A DNA stretch of 63,926 nucleotides, the filler included, from Octopus bimaculoides (Eukaryota), in NCBI RefSeq assembly GCF_001194135.2. It is 6 parts of 6 records of this genome, joined end to end, with 100 filler letters (N's around TTAATTAATTAA, not from the genome) between each part and the next. Parts side by side here need not be neighbours in the genome. Positions count along the whole stretch, not along the records: positions 1 to 22,843 come from NC_068990.1; positions 22,944 to 28,409 come from NC_069010.1; 4 more parts are not named here. The stretch is one strand, 5' to 3'. The position numbers and the translations under genes were made by a program. The notes under the pieces are model-generated. The model saw only the letters and a program-made list of their open reading frames with translations, was not told the origin of the DNA and made no database searches. Of this stretch, positions 11,781 through 24,904 are shown piece after piece (the first letter of the stretch is position 1; the number at the start of each line of letters is the position of its first letter).

Positions 11781-12112
11781 TGTATAAGCGAGTGTGTGTG
11801 TGTGTGTATGTACGTACGGATTTGTTCATATCTATGAATATTTGCCTGTGTTTATACCTATATATGTGTGAGTGTGTGTGTGCGCGTGTGTTTGTGTGTA
11901 TATGTATTTGTATGTGTGTGTGTGTTTGTGTGTACGTGTGTATCCGTATGGTACCATTGAGCAAGGTATTCTTCATTAAGTCTATAGAATAATTAAGCTG
12001 ACGCCGTTGCATTTTCTATATGCAGAGTCAAGCTTATTACTCATTGTGCTAAAAGGATATCGGTGTAAGATGTTTTATAGACTCATACACACTCATCCCA
12101 CGTACACGCACG

Positions 12113-12159
<47 letters not shown>

Positions 12160-12509
12160 ACACACATACACACACACACACCTGCTGGAGATGGCCATTG
12201 GTTCAAATAGCAGCGGCGGCGATAGTAGTCTTCTCGATTCCAGCAGCCGGAGTTTAGCTGAGAACAAGGATGAGATAACTAACAATTCTGAGCAGTAGCT
12301 AACCTGATTGACGGACCATTACGAACACAAGCTATCTTGCTTTCGTCTAAGAATTCTTGAGGAGGAAAATAAAATCAAGCAAAACAGCACAAAAGAAAAC
12401 AACAAAAATCGAAAACCTATTACATACTAAAATTTTTAATAACATCAAAGTTAGACTATATAAAGTTTTGTCAATCTTTGCTGCATTCTTTTTACATTCT
12501 GAGTTTCGT

Positions 12510-12630
12510 TTGGCAGAATCGTTAACAGGCCAGACAAAATACTCAGCGGCTTTTCGTCTGTCTCTTCGTTCTGTGTTCAATTTTTGCGGATTCCACTTTG
12601 CCTTTTATCCTTTTGGGATCCAAGGATCAA
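12510..12630 (+). mobile_element. SINE family B, diverged partial
   Basis: TGGCAGAATCGTTAACAGGCCAGACAAAATACTCAGCGG...ACTTTGCCTTTTATCCTTTTGGG. Confidence 0.6.
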
Positions 12631-14722
12631 GGTGTAGCAACTGTCCGTAGATGATATGAAAATAAACTTTGAGGAACAAAAGTGGTTTATTGACGTAGAA
12701 GTTTGTATGTTTCCCATGCGAAGTTCGATAAGCTGAAAAACATCATTCTATATTTCACGGTTAGGAGCTGGGATTGCTATCACGCATTTTTGATCAAATC
12801 TCCTGAGAGTTAAAAAGAAAATTTGGGATAAGTCAACAAGCGCCTTCTCAATACTTTTTAATGAGAAATGCTATATCAATCTACCAGAGATGCAGCCCTG
12901 TCCTTTATTATAGTTTAAAAAATCTGTAAATTTTTTATATTAAAATAACAATTTTAAATCTCTCTTTAAACTTCTGGACGCTCTGATAATATAACGAGAA
13001 ACTTTGCTATGACAAAGAAGTCGTCATCACACCACAATGATTCCTACTGGGTCCTTCTATTTGTCTTCTCTTTGGGGAAAGGAACTGAGATATTCGAAAG
13101 CACATACACTTCACAGCTTACATTCTATAGCTTCGGATTGTATAGAAATGACGGCATACCATTTTTATACAGAATAAAACAATGCTCTTGATATATGTTT
13201 TAAAATATCTGATAGGAATATTCAAGTAATCCGTTTCGAATATCTCATTAGTAATCATCTCTTTTGAGACATCGCATTAAATATAACAATTGGCAAACAA
13301 TCTCTACGGAAAGCGTTCGTGGAAATCATACACACACACACATTCACACACACACACACACACACATATTCGTCCAACCATTAAGAATTTCGCAGATGGT
13401 ATAGTTAAAAGGGTTTCTGGTCTATACTCTGATAGGGACATTTTAAGTAGAACCGTTTTGTACTGTACAAGCAGAAATAGGCTTTACGAAGGAAAGCCTC
13501 ATACAATAAAGGACTTACATAGGAAAGCGTCATACAATAACGGACTCACGGTCAAAATCATTCAAGCCTTTCTTAAGACCTAATTTTTCCCAGACTACAT
13601 TATATAATGTCATTCTTTTTGTATTAAGCCGACAGTTGTGATATGGCTCCTATTTCTAGCAAGTCAAGCAACCACATCGAGGTTTTCTCACTTAATCGTT
13701 CGAAAGTATAAAAGTTAAGTTCTTTCCTGAATTTACGTTTCATCCAATCATCTTTTCTATATTGTTACTCAATATTTTAACAGCAGAAACGACAGTTGAT
13801 AAGTCTTTGATCGAAAATGATTGGGGCTGGAACTATTTCAGAATTCAAATATTTTCGGATTTTTTAATTATTGAATATTTGCTTCTATAAAATGGTAAAG
13901 CTTGGAAGTGGACCACGTGTGGAAATGTTATCCATTCACGTTTACTTATACAATTTATACAGATACTGCGAAGCCGGTTTTTATGGAAATTTGGCAGTTG
14001 TTCAGCTTTATTTTTTAAATAATTTCCCCCTGGAAACATTTCATTGTTCATCAAAACAAATTTGCCTATAACACATTCGCCTAACCCAGAGAGGGCGATA
14101 TTACTTCCAGTAACAACGATTCAACGAGTGGGTCACAACAGCTGTTTATTTTGCAAGTAACCTTAAAAGAGCTTACCGAAATTTTTCATGTACGATGTTT
14201 CTCTCACTCGAAAAAGAAATCGGATTTTGAAGGTTTTCAGACTTAGAACTATCTAACGCAATCATGTCTTTTACTTAATAAAGAGATGAGAAACCTTATA
14301 TTGAACCTCTAAATGTTATCTCACTATTTTAATTATTAAACCTTCTGCTTAGTATTATTCTATTCATTATATACATTTAATTCAGCCTTTGTGAATGTTT
14401 GTGAATTTATAGCCAACGTTCTCCTATTGATGTTAGCGTTGTGTTAGAGGGCTGTATTTAAGTGTGACGCTTTCCATAGTTGGAAACTTTTATTTCTAGA
14501 TATTTGATCAAACGTTCAGATTTTACCTCCTTTTACTTTCTGATATAAATGTTGCGGATTAACGTCAAGATTGTAATTTCAGATGGTTTCTTAAACTGTT
14601 CGTATTTATACAGACAGCTTTTACTATCTGATGGTACTTAGAGAATTCGGAAAAGTTTTCTTCGAAGTAAAGGTTTTGATTAATTCTATGTTTATATATC
14701 CCTAGTAGTCTACGTTGTATTG

Positions 14723-14787
<65 letters not shown>

Positions 14788-15377
14788 NNNNNNNNNNNNN
14801 NNNNNNNNNNNNNNNNNNNNNNNNNNNNNNNNNNNNNNNNNNNNNNNNNNNNNNNNNNNNNNNNNNNNNNNNNNNNNNNNNNNNNNNNNNNNNNNNNNNN
14901 NNNNNNNNNNNNNNNNNNNNNNNNNNNNNNNNNNNNNNNNNNNNNNNNNNNNNNNNNNNNNNNNNNNNNNNNNNNNNNNNNNNNNNNNNNNNNNNNNNNN
15001 NNNNNNNNNNNNNNNNNNNNNNNNNNNNNNNNNNNNNNNNNNNNNNNNNNNNNNNNNNNNNNNNNNNNNNNNNNNNNNNNNNNNNNNNNNNNNNNNNNNN
15101 NNNNNNNNNNNNNNNNNNNNNNNNNNNNNNNNNNNNNNNNNNNNNNNNNNNNNNNNNNNNNNNNNNNNNNNNNNNNNNNNNNNNNNNNNNNNNNNNNNNN
15201 NNNNNNNNNNNNNNNNNNNNNNNNNNNNNNNNNNNNNNNNNNNNNNNNNNNNNNNNNNNNNNNNNNNNNNNNNNNNNNNNNNNNNNNNNNNNNNNNNNNN
15301 NNNNNNNNNNNNNNNNNNNNNNNNNNNNNNNNNNNNNNNNNNNNNNNNNNNNNNNNNNNNNNNNNNNNNNNNNNNNN

Positions 15378-15852
15378 GTTACAGAGTAGATTCACAACGC
15401 CATGAAACATCACTAAATATAAATGGTGATATAAACAAAATTATAAAGATCAAGGAACGAAAAAGAAACACAAATATACACACACATACATACACAAACA
15501 CATGCACATTTACACGCAAACACACGCACACACACACACGCACACTCACAAATATACGTGCGCACACACATACAGAGAAAGAAAGTGGGAGAGGAATAGG
15601 AAAACGAGAGTCTTATAGACAGATATATAGATTTATTCATTTATTTGGTGATTGATTGAGATTTAGATTGATTGAAGATAGTTCGATATATATATGTATA
15701 TATTTAGAGAAATATACAGAAATTGGCATATAGATTACTTCATAGACGTATATAGACAGATAGAATGAGAAATTCACATTCTTCAATATATAGGACAGAT
15801 AAACAGAAATATAGACGTATAGATTGACTGAAAAACACACATATATTCATAT

Positions 15853-15890
<38 letters not shown>

Positions 15891-16369
15891 NNNNNNNNNN
15901 TGAGTGAGTAAATGTGTCGGTAAATTCGGTAGTTTGTTTACATATTTGTCTCACTCGTCTATGAGAGTTTCTGTAGAGTTCTGGTGTCTTGAAAATCGAC
16001 TAATACAGCAGGAGTTTGAATAAAGGTAAGTATTTCTGTCAGCCAATCTTATTTATTTCGCGGTCTACCTATATACATACATATATGTGTGTGTATGTGT
16101 GCGTGTGTGTGTTTGTGTGTTTGCTTGTTTGTGTGTGTGCATATGTATTCAGAGATAGTTACAGAGTAGATTCACAACGCCATGAAACATCACTAAATAT
16201 AAATGGTGATATAAACAAAATTATAAAGATCAAGGAACGAAAAAGAAACACAAATATACACACACATACATACACAAACACATGCACATTTACACGCAAA
16301 CACACGCACACACACACACGCACACTCACAAATATACGTGCGCACACACATACAGAGAAAGAAAGTGGG
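15378..16369 (+). repeat. Apparently identical ~212 bp duplicate (15378-15589 and 16158-16369), both next to gaps
   Basis: GTTACAGAGTAGATTCACAACGCC...AGAAAGAAAGTGGGA occurs twice; probable assembly redundancy. Confidence 0.8.
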
Positions 16370-17583
16370 ANNNNNNNNNNNNNNNNNNNNNNNNNNNNNN
16401 NNNNNNNNNNNNNNNNNNNNNNNNNNNNNNNNNNNNNNNNNNNNNNNNNNNNNNNNNNNNNNNNNNNNNNNNNNNNNNNNNNNNNNNNNNNNNNNNNNNN
16501 NNNNNNNNNNNNNNNNNNNNNNNNNNNNNNNNNNNNNNNNNNNNNNNNNNNNNNNNNNNNNNNNNNNNNNNNNNNNNNNNNNNNNNNNNNNNNNNNNNNN
16601 NNNNNNNNNNNNNNNNNNNNNNNNNNNNNNNNNNNNNNNNNNNNNNNNNNNNNNNNNNNNNNNNNNNNNNNNNNNNNNNNNNNNNNNNNNNNNNNNNNNN
16701 NNNNNNNNNNNNNNNNNNNNNNNNNNNNNNNNNNNNNNNNNNNNNNNNNNNNNNNNNNNNNNNNNNNNNNNNNNNNNNNNNNNNNNNNNNNNNNNNNNNN
16801 NNNNNNNNNNNNNNNNNNNNNNNNNNNNNNNNNNNNNNNNNNNNNNNNNNNNNNNNNNNNNNNNNNNNNNNNNNNNNNNNNNNNNNNNNNNNNNNNNNNN
16901 NNNNNNNNNNNNNNNNNNNNNNNNNNNNNNNNNNNNNNNNNNNNNNNNNNNNNNNNNNNNNNNNNNNNNNNNNNNNNNNNNNNNNNNNNNNNNNNNNNNN
17001 NNNNNNNNNNNNNNNNNNNNNNNNNNNNNNNNNNNNNNNNNNNNNNNNNNNNNNNNNNNNNNNNNNNNNNNNNNNNNNNNNNNNNNNNNNNNNNNNNNNN
17101 NNNNNNNNNNNNNNNNNNNNNNNNNNNNNNNNNNNNNNNNNNNNNNNNNNNNNNNNNNNNNNNNNNNNNNNNNNNNNNNNNNNNNNNNNNNNNNNNNNNN
17201 NNNNNNNNNNNNNNNNNNNNNNNNNNNNNNNNNNNNTATATATATATATATTTCTCACTGTCCTGTTCCTGTTGATACTTTCACCCTCCGCAAAAAATTC
17301 CACATTTTATTTAATTTGCTTTGCGGGAAGGCCTGTTCCAACGAAGTCGCGTATTGTCCTTGCCTTCGAAACGCGGAGTAGATGGAAGAGGGACAACTCA
17401 CGAAGGGATTTACTCTTTATGTTGCATGTCTCGTTTCTCTGTTTGTCTTTTTCGTTTTCTGTTTTCGTTTTTTCTGTTTTCGTTTCTCATTGTGTTTAAC
17501 GTTTTTTGTGATGTCCTGTACCCATATATGCTTGTATGTATACATATAGATGTAGGTATGTACATACATGTATGGATATATGC

Positions 17584-17639
<56 letters not shown>

Positions 17640-17695
17640 CTATATATATATACAGACACACACACATACATATATACACTTACACCCAGACAGAC

Positions 17696-17737
<42 letters not shown>

Positions 17738-17754
17738 ATATATATATATACATC

Positions 17755-17894
17755 TGAGGGATCTCAATGGAGTGGAAGTAGATGTTTTTAAGAAACAACT
17801 TGATATGTTGCTATGCAAGGTCCCAGATGAACCAATATCAAGGCAGGAAACTCAAAACAGGCTAGTAGTGTTAAACACCCTCCATCACCAATAA
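17755..17894 (+). mobile_element. CR1/L2-group LINE 3' end fragment
   Basis: Encodes LRDLNGVEVDVFKKQLDMLLCKVPDEP..., the same motif family as at 59887 (LRDLH...VPDEP) and 49990 (FKKLLD). Confidence 0.7.
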
Positions 17895-18550
17895 CCAATC
17901 AATAAGATTGGCCTCTTAAATATATATATNNNNNNNNNNNNNNNNNNNNNNNNNNNNNNNNNNNNNNNNNNNNNNNNNNNNNNNNNNNNNNNNNNNNNNN
18001 NNNNNNNNNNNNNNNNNNNNNNNNNNNNNNNNNNNNNNNNNNNNNNNNNNNNNNNNNNNNNNNNNNNNNNNNNNNNNNNNNNNNNNNNNNNNNNNNNNNN
18101 NNNNNNNNNNNNNNNNNNNNNNNNNNNNNNNNNNNNNNNNNNNNNNNNNNNNNNNNNNNNNNNNNNNNNNNNNNNNNNNNNNNNNNNNNNNNNNNNNNNN
18201 NNNNNNNNNNNNNNNNNNNNNNNNNNNNNNNNNNNNNNNNNNNNNNNNNNNNNNNNNNNNNNNNNNNNNNNNNNNNNNNNNNNNNNNNNNNNNNNNNNNN
18301 NNNNNNNNNNNNNNNNNNNNNNNNNNNNNNNNNNNNNNNNNNNNNNNNNNNNNNNNNNNNNNNNNNNNNNNNNNNNNNNNNNNNNNNNNNNNNNNNNNNN
18401 NNNNNNNNNNNNNNNNNNNNNNNNNNNNNNNNNNNNNNNNNNNNNNNNNNNNNNNNNNNNNNNNNNNNNNNNNNNNNNNNNNNNNNNNNNNNNNNNNNNN
18501 NNNNNNNNNNNNNNNNNNNNNNNNNNNNNNNNNNNNNNNNNNNNNNNNNN

Positions 18551-18642
<92 letters not shown>

Positions 18643-18669
18643 CATGTATGTGCATGTGTTTGTGTGTAT

Positions 18670-18835
18670 GTCTTTGTGCCCATGTGTTTAGGTCCTCGTA
18701 ACATAACAGTTCCGTAAAAGAGAACGATAAAATAAATAGCAACTTAAGTAAAGGAACCAATAAGTACTGAGATCGATTTGTTCGACTAAAATAGTTCAAG
18801 GCGGTGCTCCACCATGGCACAATCTGATGACTAAA
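18670..18835 (+). mobile_element. 3' half of the composite family-A SINE, diverged
   Basis: CAGTTCCGTAAAAGAGAACGATAAAATA...GATCGATTTGTTCGACTAAA...AAGGCGGTGCTCCACCATGG is the reverse complement of segments at 24905 and 51885. Confidence 0.55.
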
Positions 18836-18953
18836 ATAAGTTATAGATGAAAGATAAGGATATAGATATACATGTTTATATGCGTATACATATACATATA
18901 TATATTCACGTACATATACACTTACATACATATATTGATCGACCACTAGATAG

Positions 18954-19017
<64 letters not shown>

Positions 19018-19592
19018 AAATGTTTTTTACTGGTAGATAGACCAACGTAAATGCAATAATGATAATGATAAGTGTTAAAATAATTGGAAGAAAGCAGACG
19101 AAAGGAAACAGTATGGCGTTGCCTTTATTCTCAAACCAAAGTTGTTTCCTTATTTCATTCGAGTAACTGTCTTGAGGCTACCTTTTCCCCACACCGCTCC
19201 ATGAAACTGATTGAACTACCTGTCTTGAGTTATCGGAAGATTGGCAAAGCTAGTTGCAGATAAATGCTTTCAGTTAAAGTAATAAATAAATAAATAAATA
19301 TTAACTTAAAAGGGAAGAAAACACTGGTTGTGTAATAGTGATAGCTGAAAGAGAAACTCTAAAGAAGGCTTGCGTCAAATGGCTAGCTTAAACAATATAG
19401 CTCTCTTTGATAATGTTGATATTGAAAAACCATATTGAACTTCCTACGGAAATTTGTCAATATTTCGTTTCGTGCACTATCAATATTTATTATTAAATGC
19501 GCGTACCCTAAGCGAGAAGTAGGCAATGTTGTTGTTGTTGTTGTTGCTGTTGTTTATTGTTGTTGATGACGACGACGATGATGATGATGGTA

Positions 19593-19624
<32 letters not shown>

Positions 19625-19920
19625 AACGACGATGTTTTCATCCGCTCATAATGTCGTAGTCATGATGATACGGTTCACCACCGCCACCACCATCATCATC
19701 ATCCTCATCACGATCTTGATAGCCACAACTTCACACAAAAGTTGGATTATGTGAGACTGGTGGTGATGATGATGATGACGATAAAGAAGAAGAAGAAGAA
19801 CGACAAGAACGACGATGATGGCGGCGACAACCGTAACTGCCACCGTTGCAGCAAGTCACTGAAGATGATAATAATGACGTTGATCAGATGATGATGCTGA
19901 TCCTGACAGTGATGACGTTG

Positions 19921-19979
<59 letters not shown>

Positions 19980-20098
19980 TGTTGTTTTTGTTGTAGTTAC
20001 TGTCAACAATGTTGTCATGTTTGTCCTCCTACTCCTATTCTCCTTCCTCCTCCTCCTCATCATCATCTTCTGCATACTTAAGAAATCATTCTCATTCA

Positions 20099-20153
<55 letters not shown>

Positions 20154-20159
20154 GAGTGA

Positions 20160-20573
20160 GAGAGCAGTGCATGCCATCAAAGTGACACTGGGGTAAAATA
20201 TACGAAACCCAATATACCCATCATGACTACCCGTCTGATAAGGGTACACCAGGCACATGCATCACAACCATGTGTGCGCGACATGGTGATTTCATATCAA
20301 GATTAACAGGGCATGACCTCGCAGGTGGGACCCAAAGAATTCCTCTCAACACATGGCTATGATGTTCCCCCACTACTTCTGCTCGTGATCAGAGATGCGC
20401 ATGTCGTCAGCCAATAATTCACCTTTGGAAACATGGGTGTTTTGCTCAACATCCTTAAACAAACCTTATTCAGGGACCTTTTGAGCGGGACGGGCTACTC
20501 GACCTGAAGAAAATTCTAACTGAGCCCCACCTGCGAGGTCATGCCCTGTTTATCTTGATATGAAATCACCATG
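20160..20573. repeat. Unclassified repeat containing a ~50 bp inverted pair
   Basis: 20282-20332 (CATGGTGATTTCATATCAAGAT.AACAGGGCATGACCTCGCAGGTGGG) is repeated inverted at 20521-20573. Confidence 0.75.
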
Positions 20574-20989
20574 AATGTGCGTCTATGTATACATGTGTGC
20601 GTATGTGTGTGTGAGCATGCGCGCGTGTGAGCATGCGCGCGTGTGTGCATGTGTGTCTTTGTAGGTGTGTGTATGTGTGTGTGTGTGTGTGCGTGTGCGT
20701 GTGTGTGTGATGGCTGTCCACTTGTGCCTGAGGAAACCGTCACTGTCCATTGCTAGTGTAAAATGTCTGCAATACACGTGCATAACGTTATTTCACCCGC
20801 GGTTGGCTTCACCTGGGATGGTGCCTGCGGATTCCATGCTCGCCGCAGCGTCCCCCTATACGACTGGCATCAGGAAGTCACCTCACTAGCTACTGAATAA
20901 CCGGAAGGTTTACGTTCGATTTCACTTGCACAGCAACTCATAAACAATCTCCAAGCAACTGACATGATCTAGAGACAACCCAGAGCAAG

Positions 20990-21200
20990 ATATCCAGACT
21001 GTGGTATGTGCGAGCGCAAGCAAAATATCCCCAAAATCGTCTGTGCAATTCCCTGCATGTCTGGTATATCAGACTGACCTTCTCCCAGGCTCATGCTCTA
21101 ACAAAAGCTGAAGGATGCCTCACCTCACTCACAGTGGTCTTCGAGTACACGGGACACCAACCCGGAATTTCTGTGCGCCCGTGCTAGTGCTAGATAATCT
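20990..21200 (+). mobile_element. RTE-clade LINE remnant, copy 2
   Basis: Frame QAKYPQNRLCNSLHVWYIRLTFSQAHALTKAEGCLT aligns with copy 1; shared DNA AACAAAAGCTGA.GGATGCCTCAC and GCCCGTGC..TGCTAGATA. Confidence 0.45.
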
Positions 21201-21397
21201 TTGAACCTACATTAGGTTGATCTATATTGGATTATATGAATGAGAATTTAAAAATCGCTATGCTAATCACACAGCCTCCTTCCGAAATACGGACAAAAGC
21301 AAAGCTACTAAGAGAAAACATAGAAGAGAGACACAGATGGGATACGTGCAGTCTCTACGACAGCCAAGTACCCAAATATGCATATGTGTGTGTGTGT

Positions 21398-21436
<39 letters not shown>

Positions 21437-22792
21437 TATGTGTCTGTGTGTGTGTATGTACCCATATATATATANNNNNNNNNNNNNNNNNNNNNNNNNN
21501 NNNNNNNNNNNNNNNNNNNNNNNNNNNNNNNNNNNNNNNNNNNNNNNNNNNNNNNNNNNNNNNNNNNNNNNNNNNNNNNNNNNNNNNNNNNNNNNNNNNN
21601 NNNNNNNNNNNNNNNNNNNNNNNNNNNNNNNNNNNNNNNNNNNNNNNNNNNNNNNNNNNNNNNNNNNNNNNNNNNNNNNNNNNNNNNNNNNNNNNNNNNN
21701 NNNNNNNNNNNNNNNNNNNNNNNNNNNNNNNNNNNNNNNNNNNNNNNNNNNNNNNNNNNNNNNNNNNNNNNNNNNNNNNNNNNNNNNNNNNNNNNNNNNN
21801 NNNNNNNNNNNNNNNNNNNNNNNNNNNNNNNNNNNNNNNNNNNNNNNNNNNNNNNNNNNNNNNNNNNNNNNNNNNNNNNNNNNNNNNNNNNNNNNNNNNN
21901 NNNNNNNNNNNNNNNNNNNNNNNNNNNNNNNNNNNNNNNNNNNNNNNNNNNNNNNNNNNNNNNNNNNNNNNNNNNNNNNNNNNNNNNNNNNNNNNNNNNN
22001 NNNNNNNNNNNNNNNNNNNNNNNNNNNNNNNNNNNNNNNNNNNNNNNNNNNNNNNNNNNNNNNNNNNNNNNNNNNNNNNNNNNNNNNNNNNNNNNNNNNN
22101 NNNNNNNNNNNNNNNNNNNNNNNNNNNNNNNNNNNNNNNNNNNNNNNNNNNNNNNNNNNNNNNNNNNNNNNNNNNNNNNNNNNNNNNNNNNNNNNNNNNN
22201 NNNNNNNNNNNNNNNNNNNNNNNNNNNNNNNATATATATATATATATATATAGATAGATAGATAGATAGATGGACAAAATCATACAATCAGAATTTTAGG
22301 GACAGACTGAAACTTAAAAAACACGGAGACAAATTATAGTGTATATATTGATAAATGCACCGTATTTTGATATAGGAGAAGAGATAGCTCCAGATGCACT
22401 ATAATACGAAGACAGCTTTCTTCAGTTCTCTTAGAATGGAATTTCCTTCAAGATATTGATTTGCAGGGAACCCTATGCAAAAATATAATTTAGTTAGCAA
22501 TTTAGTTAAGTGTAAGAAAAAGAAAAATGAGAGAATGCAACACGCAAACACATACTGGCTCACATACAACCACACACAACTCTATATAATAAAAGAACAG
22601 CTCCCTTGAGGCTACGGAATATCACATTTTCTTTTCAGAAAATTTTTATTATATTTTTCCTCAATTTAAACGTTTCTTGTGTTATTGGGCTATTATTGTA
22701 TTCGAGGGCAAGCAGAAAAAAAGTATTCGTCCTGTAGATATCATAGCAATATTATGAAACAGAGGGTGAATGGATTGTGTTTGTGTACATAT

Positions 22793-22843
<51 letters not shown>

Positions 22844-22887
22844 NNNNNNNNNNNNNNNNNNNNNNNNNNNNNNNNNNNNNNNNNNNN

Positions 22888-22899
22888 TTAATTAATTAA
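22888..22899. other. Artificial gap spacer TTAATTAATTAA (also 28454, 34334, 51567, 61978)
   Basis: Same 12-mer with stops in all six frames, centred in N runs; 44 N + 12 + 44 N = 100 where counted. Confidence 0.95.
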
Positions 22900-22943
22900 N
22901 NNNNNNNNNNNNNNNNNNNNNNNNNNNNNNNNNNNNNNNNNNN

Positions 22944-22947
22944 GGAG

Positions 22948-22988
<41 letters not shown>

Positions 22989-23654
22989 GCTGGTAGTAGT
23001 GGTTGTAGTGATTGTAGTAGTGGTGGTGGTAGTGGTTATAGTGATAGTAGTAGGGTTGGTTGTGGTGGTAGTAGTGGTGGTGGTAGTAGTAGTAGTTGTA
23101 GTGGTGGTGGTGGTGGTGGTAGTGGTGGTGGTAGTGGTTATAGTACTGGTAGTGGTTATAGTACTGGTAGTGGTTATAGTGATAGTAGTAGTAGTAGTTG
23201 TAGTGGTGGTGGTGGTGGTAGTAGTAGTGGTTATAGTACTGGTAGTGGTAGTGGTTATAGTGAAAGTAGTAGTAGTAGGATTGGTTGTGGTGGTAGTAGT
23301 GGTNNNNNNNNNNTAGTACTGGTAGTCGTAGTGGTTATAGTGAAAGTAGTAGTAGTAGGATTGGTTGTGGTGGTAGTAGTGGTGGTGGTAGTAGTAGTAG
23401 TTGTAGTGGTGGTGGTGGTGGTTATAGTACTGGCAGTGGTTATAGTGATAGTAGTAGTAGTAGTTGTCGTGGTGGTGGTGGTAGTAGTAGTGGTGGTGGT
23501 AGTGGTTATGGTAGTGGTAGTGGTTATAGTGATAGTAGTAGTAGTAGGATTGGTTGTGGTGGTAGTAGTAGTAGTTGTAGTGGTGGTGGTGGTGGTAGTG
23601 GTTATAGTGATAGTAGTAGTAGTAGGGTTGGTTGTGGTGGTAGTAGTGGTGGGG

Positions 23655-23686
<32 letters not shown>

Positions 23687-23924
23687 GGTTCTGGTAGTGG
23701 TAGTGGTTATAGTGACAGTAGTAGTAGTAGGGTTGGTGGTGGGGGTAGTAGTAGTGGTGGTGGTAGTGGTTATAGTACTGGTAGTGGTAGTGGTTATAGC
23801 GATAGTAGTAGTAGTAGGATTGGTTGTGGTGGTAGTAGTAGTAGTTGTAGTGGTGGTGGTGGTGGTAGTGGTTATAGTGATAGTAGTAGTAGTAGGGTTG
23901 GTTGTGGTGGTAGTAGTGGTGGGG

Positions 23925-23959
<35 letters not shown>

Positions 23960-24225
23960 TCTGGTAGTGGTAGTGGTTATAGTGACAGTAGTAGGTGGTG
24001 GGGGTAGTAGTAGTGGTGGTGGTAGTGGTTATAGTACTGGTAGTGGTAGTGGTTATAGCGATAGTAGTAGTAGTAGGGTTGGTTGTGGTGGTAGTAGTAG
24101 TAGTGGTGGTGGTAGTGGTTATAGTACTGGTGGTGGTGGTGGTAGTGGTTATAGTAGTAATAGTAGTGGTAGTGATGGTAGTAATAGTAGCCAGTGGTTG
24201 TCATGGTAGTAGTAACAGTGGTGGT
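22944..24225. repeat. Compound (GGT/AGT)n repeat with higher-order duplicated blocks
   Basis: Recurring AGTGGTTATAGTGATAGTAGTAGTAGTAGG(A/G)TTGGTTGTGGTGG and GGTTATAGTACTGGTAGT blocks across about 1.3 kb. Confidence 0.9.
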
Positions 24226-24351
24226 GGTGATATTGTTTACATTTTGAAAAGGAAGATAAAGTGTGACGTCATTCATAAAGTAACTGTAAACAACATCAAC
24301 AGGAAAAACAACAACTCTAGGATTCCAAGACCCAAAAACCTTTGACTGACT

Positions 24352-24810
24352 GAAGGACACATTAGATAATGTAGTCCTAGATACGCTATGCCTGAATGAA
24401 AGACAGGATGGTCACAGCTGGAACATCACTGATCATAGATCTGTCTGGATCAGACCTGGCTTGGGGCTAAACAACAAGGAAGGACACATTAGATAATGTA
24501 GTCCTAGATACACTATGCCTGAATGAAAGACAGGATGGTCACAGCTGGAACATCACTGATCATAGGTCTGTCTGGATCAGGACTGACCTGGGGCTAAACA
24601 ACAAGGGAGGACACATTAGATAATGTAGTCCTAGATACACTATGCCTGAATAAAACACAGGATGGTCACAGCTGGAACATCTTTGATCATAGGTCTGTCT
24701 GGATCAGGACTGACCTGGGGTTAAACAAAAGAAACAAGGAAGAACACATTAGATAATGTAGTCCTAGGTACACTATGGCTGAATAAAAGACAGGATGGTC
24801 ACAGCTGGAA
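24352..24810 (+). repeat. Tandem repeat, ~127-133 bp unit, about 3.5 copies
   Basis: Units start at about 24352, 24479, 24606 and 24739 (GGACACATTAGATAATGTAGTCCTAGATAC.CTATGCCTGAAT...GGATGGTCACAGCTGGAA). Confidence 0.92.
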
Positions 24811-24904
24811 TCCCTAACTGTGGCAGAATATATGTGAGTGTGTGCTTGACACAGAATGTGTAATATAAACCTCCACCCACGCTGGAAATGTCAATCTTCT
24901 CGTT

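Noticed and set aside
12181-12300. GC-rich stretch with short open frames on both strands as an exon
   Set aside because: Under 45 codons, no recognisable homology, ambiguous strand.
15378-16369. 212 bp duplicate as a recent biological duplication
   Set aside because: Copies look identical and each abuts a gap; assembly redundancy is more likely.
22888-22899. TTAATTAATTAA repeated five times as a possible conserved motif
   Set aside because: Always centred in N runs and has stops in all six frames: an assembly spacer.
22948-24360. Val-rich plus ORFs and His/Tyr-rich minus ORF as membrane or beak-like proteins
   Set aside because: Alternative frames of a GGT/AGT simple repeat with no unique sequence or splice support.
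24352-24810. Tandem repeat as a CRISPR array
   Set aside because: Units are contiguous ~127 bp copies without unique spacers, in eukaryotic context with no cas genes.
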